DNA of 61,904 bases, counting the filler, from Hausera hauseri (Eukaryota): NCBI GenBank assembly GCA_046269625.1. It is 12 parts of 12 records of this genome, joined end to end, with 100 filler letters (N's around TTAATTAATTAA, not from the genome) between each part and the next. Parts side by side here need not be neighbours in the genome. Positions count along the whole stretch, not along the records: positions 57,598 to 61,904 come from JBJURY010645108.1; 11 more parts are not named here. The stretch is one strand, 5' to 3'. Position 1 is the first letter of the stretch; each line of letters opens with the position of its first letter. Both the position numbers and the translations under genes were made by a program. Shown one piece after another: positions 61,101-61,904 of the stretch. The notes beneath the pieces are model-generated. The model ran no database searches. It saw only the letters and a list, made by a program, of their open reading frames with translations, and was not told where the DNA came from.

Positions 61101-61530
61101 CAATATGATCTTTGTAAAACTGTATGTATTCTCCATAACATACAGCCTCACATCCTGGGCAAATATAATAGAAGATCCTGTCGAATTTGTACCCATAGTA
61201 GCTCCTCATAGTATTATGACAGTTCTGAGGGTTGTGTATTACACATGTGCAATACACGTATGAACTGCATCTTTGATTTTGCTTAGACATGGAAGTCATT
61301 ATTGGCATAGTGGTATTGAATATTTGTTTTTTCGACTTGGTCAAGGAAATCAGGTGTTGTTTATGGGCATTGTAAATGTAGTCATAATTGGTGTGGCACA
61401 CTACCTCACATGTAGGGCATATATAATAATCAGCCCTGTTGTATAGATGACTTAAGTACTTCTGCATAATATCGTGGCAATTTTTAGGCTCGTGGATTTC
61501 AGCCAAGCATTGTTTGTATAGACTGTACAT
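58150..61530 (-). pseudogene. polB: Second Polinton/adintovirus protein-primed PolB (3'-truncated)
   Basis: [94 protein letters not shown]; ends at PIYVGM. Confidence 0.93.
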
Positions 61531-61904
61531 CTAAAAATTAACCAATTATTTGAGAACACAAATAAAAATCTCACCATTTGTCAAAGTGATTTTGTAAATA
61601 ATGAAACATATAGCCTTATCAACGCATACTACTTCATTTATGGATTTTTTAAATTTTGAATTTTCATATATTGTAGAACATTTTGTTTTAATGCATCAAA
61701 TAAATCAAGTGCACTTGGGCGCCAAATTTAAAAGGTTTTCATACATGCGGAATCGAATGACGCTATTTGATTCTTCCAATAGCGCATGCTTGACCGAGTT
61801 TTCGAGTTCGAATGGCTAAATATTCGAATTGAAAGTTCGAATTCGAATATCTGATGTTATATTCCGATTAGACATGCATAACTTCCTATATGTCCGCGCA
61901 CATT

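Overview
This window is not contiguous DNA. It is 12 short contigs (about 4-7 kb each) from an AT-rich eukaryote, probably an invertebrate animal, joined by eleven artificial 100-bp linkers (N44-TTAATTAATTAA-N44). It is dominated by decayed mobile elements. (i) Two diverged copies of a Ty3/Gypsy-type retroelement (8328-14800, minus; 46181-52291, plus) carry a chuvirus-like class III fusion glycoprotein UPSTREAM of pol: short gag-like/AT-hook ORF > internal signal peptide > glycoprotein > TM > PR > dUTPase-like spacer > RT > RNase H > IN > second signal peptide. This is the most unusual structure in the window. (ii) Four partial copies of a CsRn1/Kabuki-like Gypsy family have a double CHCC gag knuckle, a -1 frameshift site with a covarying pseudoknot, and a structured GC-rich 3' end. 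(iii) Polinton/Maverick (adintovirus-like) remnants include two protein-primed PolB pseudogenes with tandem N-terminal Cys/His modules and a penton-core-MCP-protease module. Also present are eIF4G-like and SLC43-like pseudogene fragments, a bacterial/organelle-type tRNA-Cys, MITE-like and tandem repeats, an RFX X-box cluster and several orphan ORF clusters. All family assignments come from motif recognition by eye; no searches were run.
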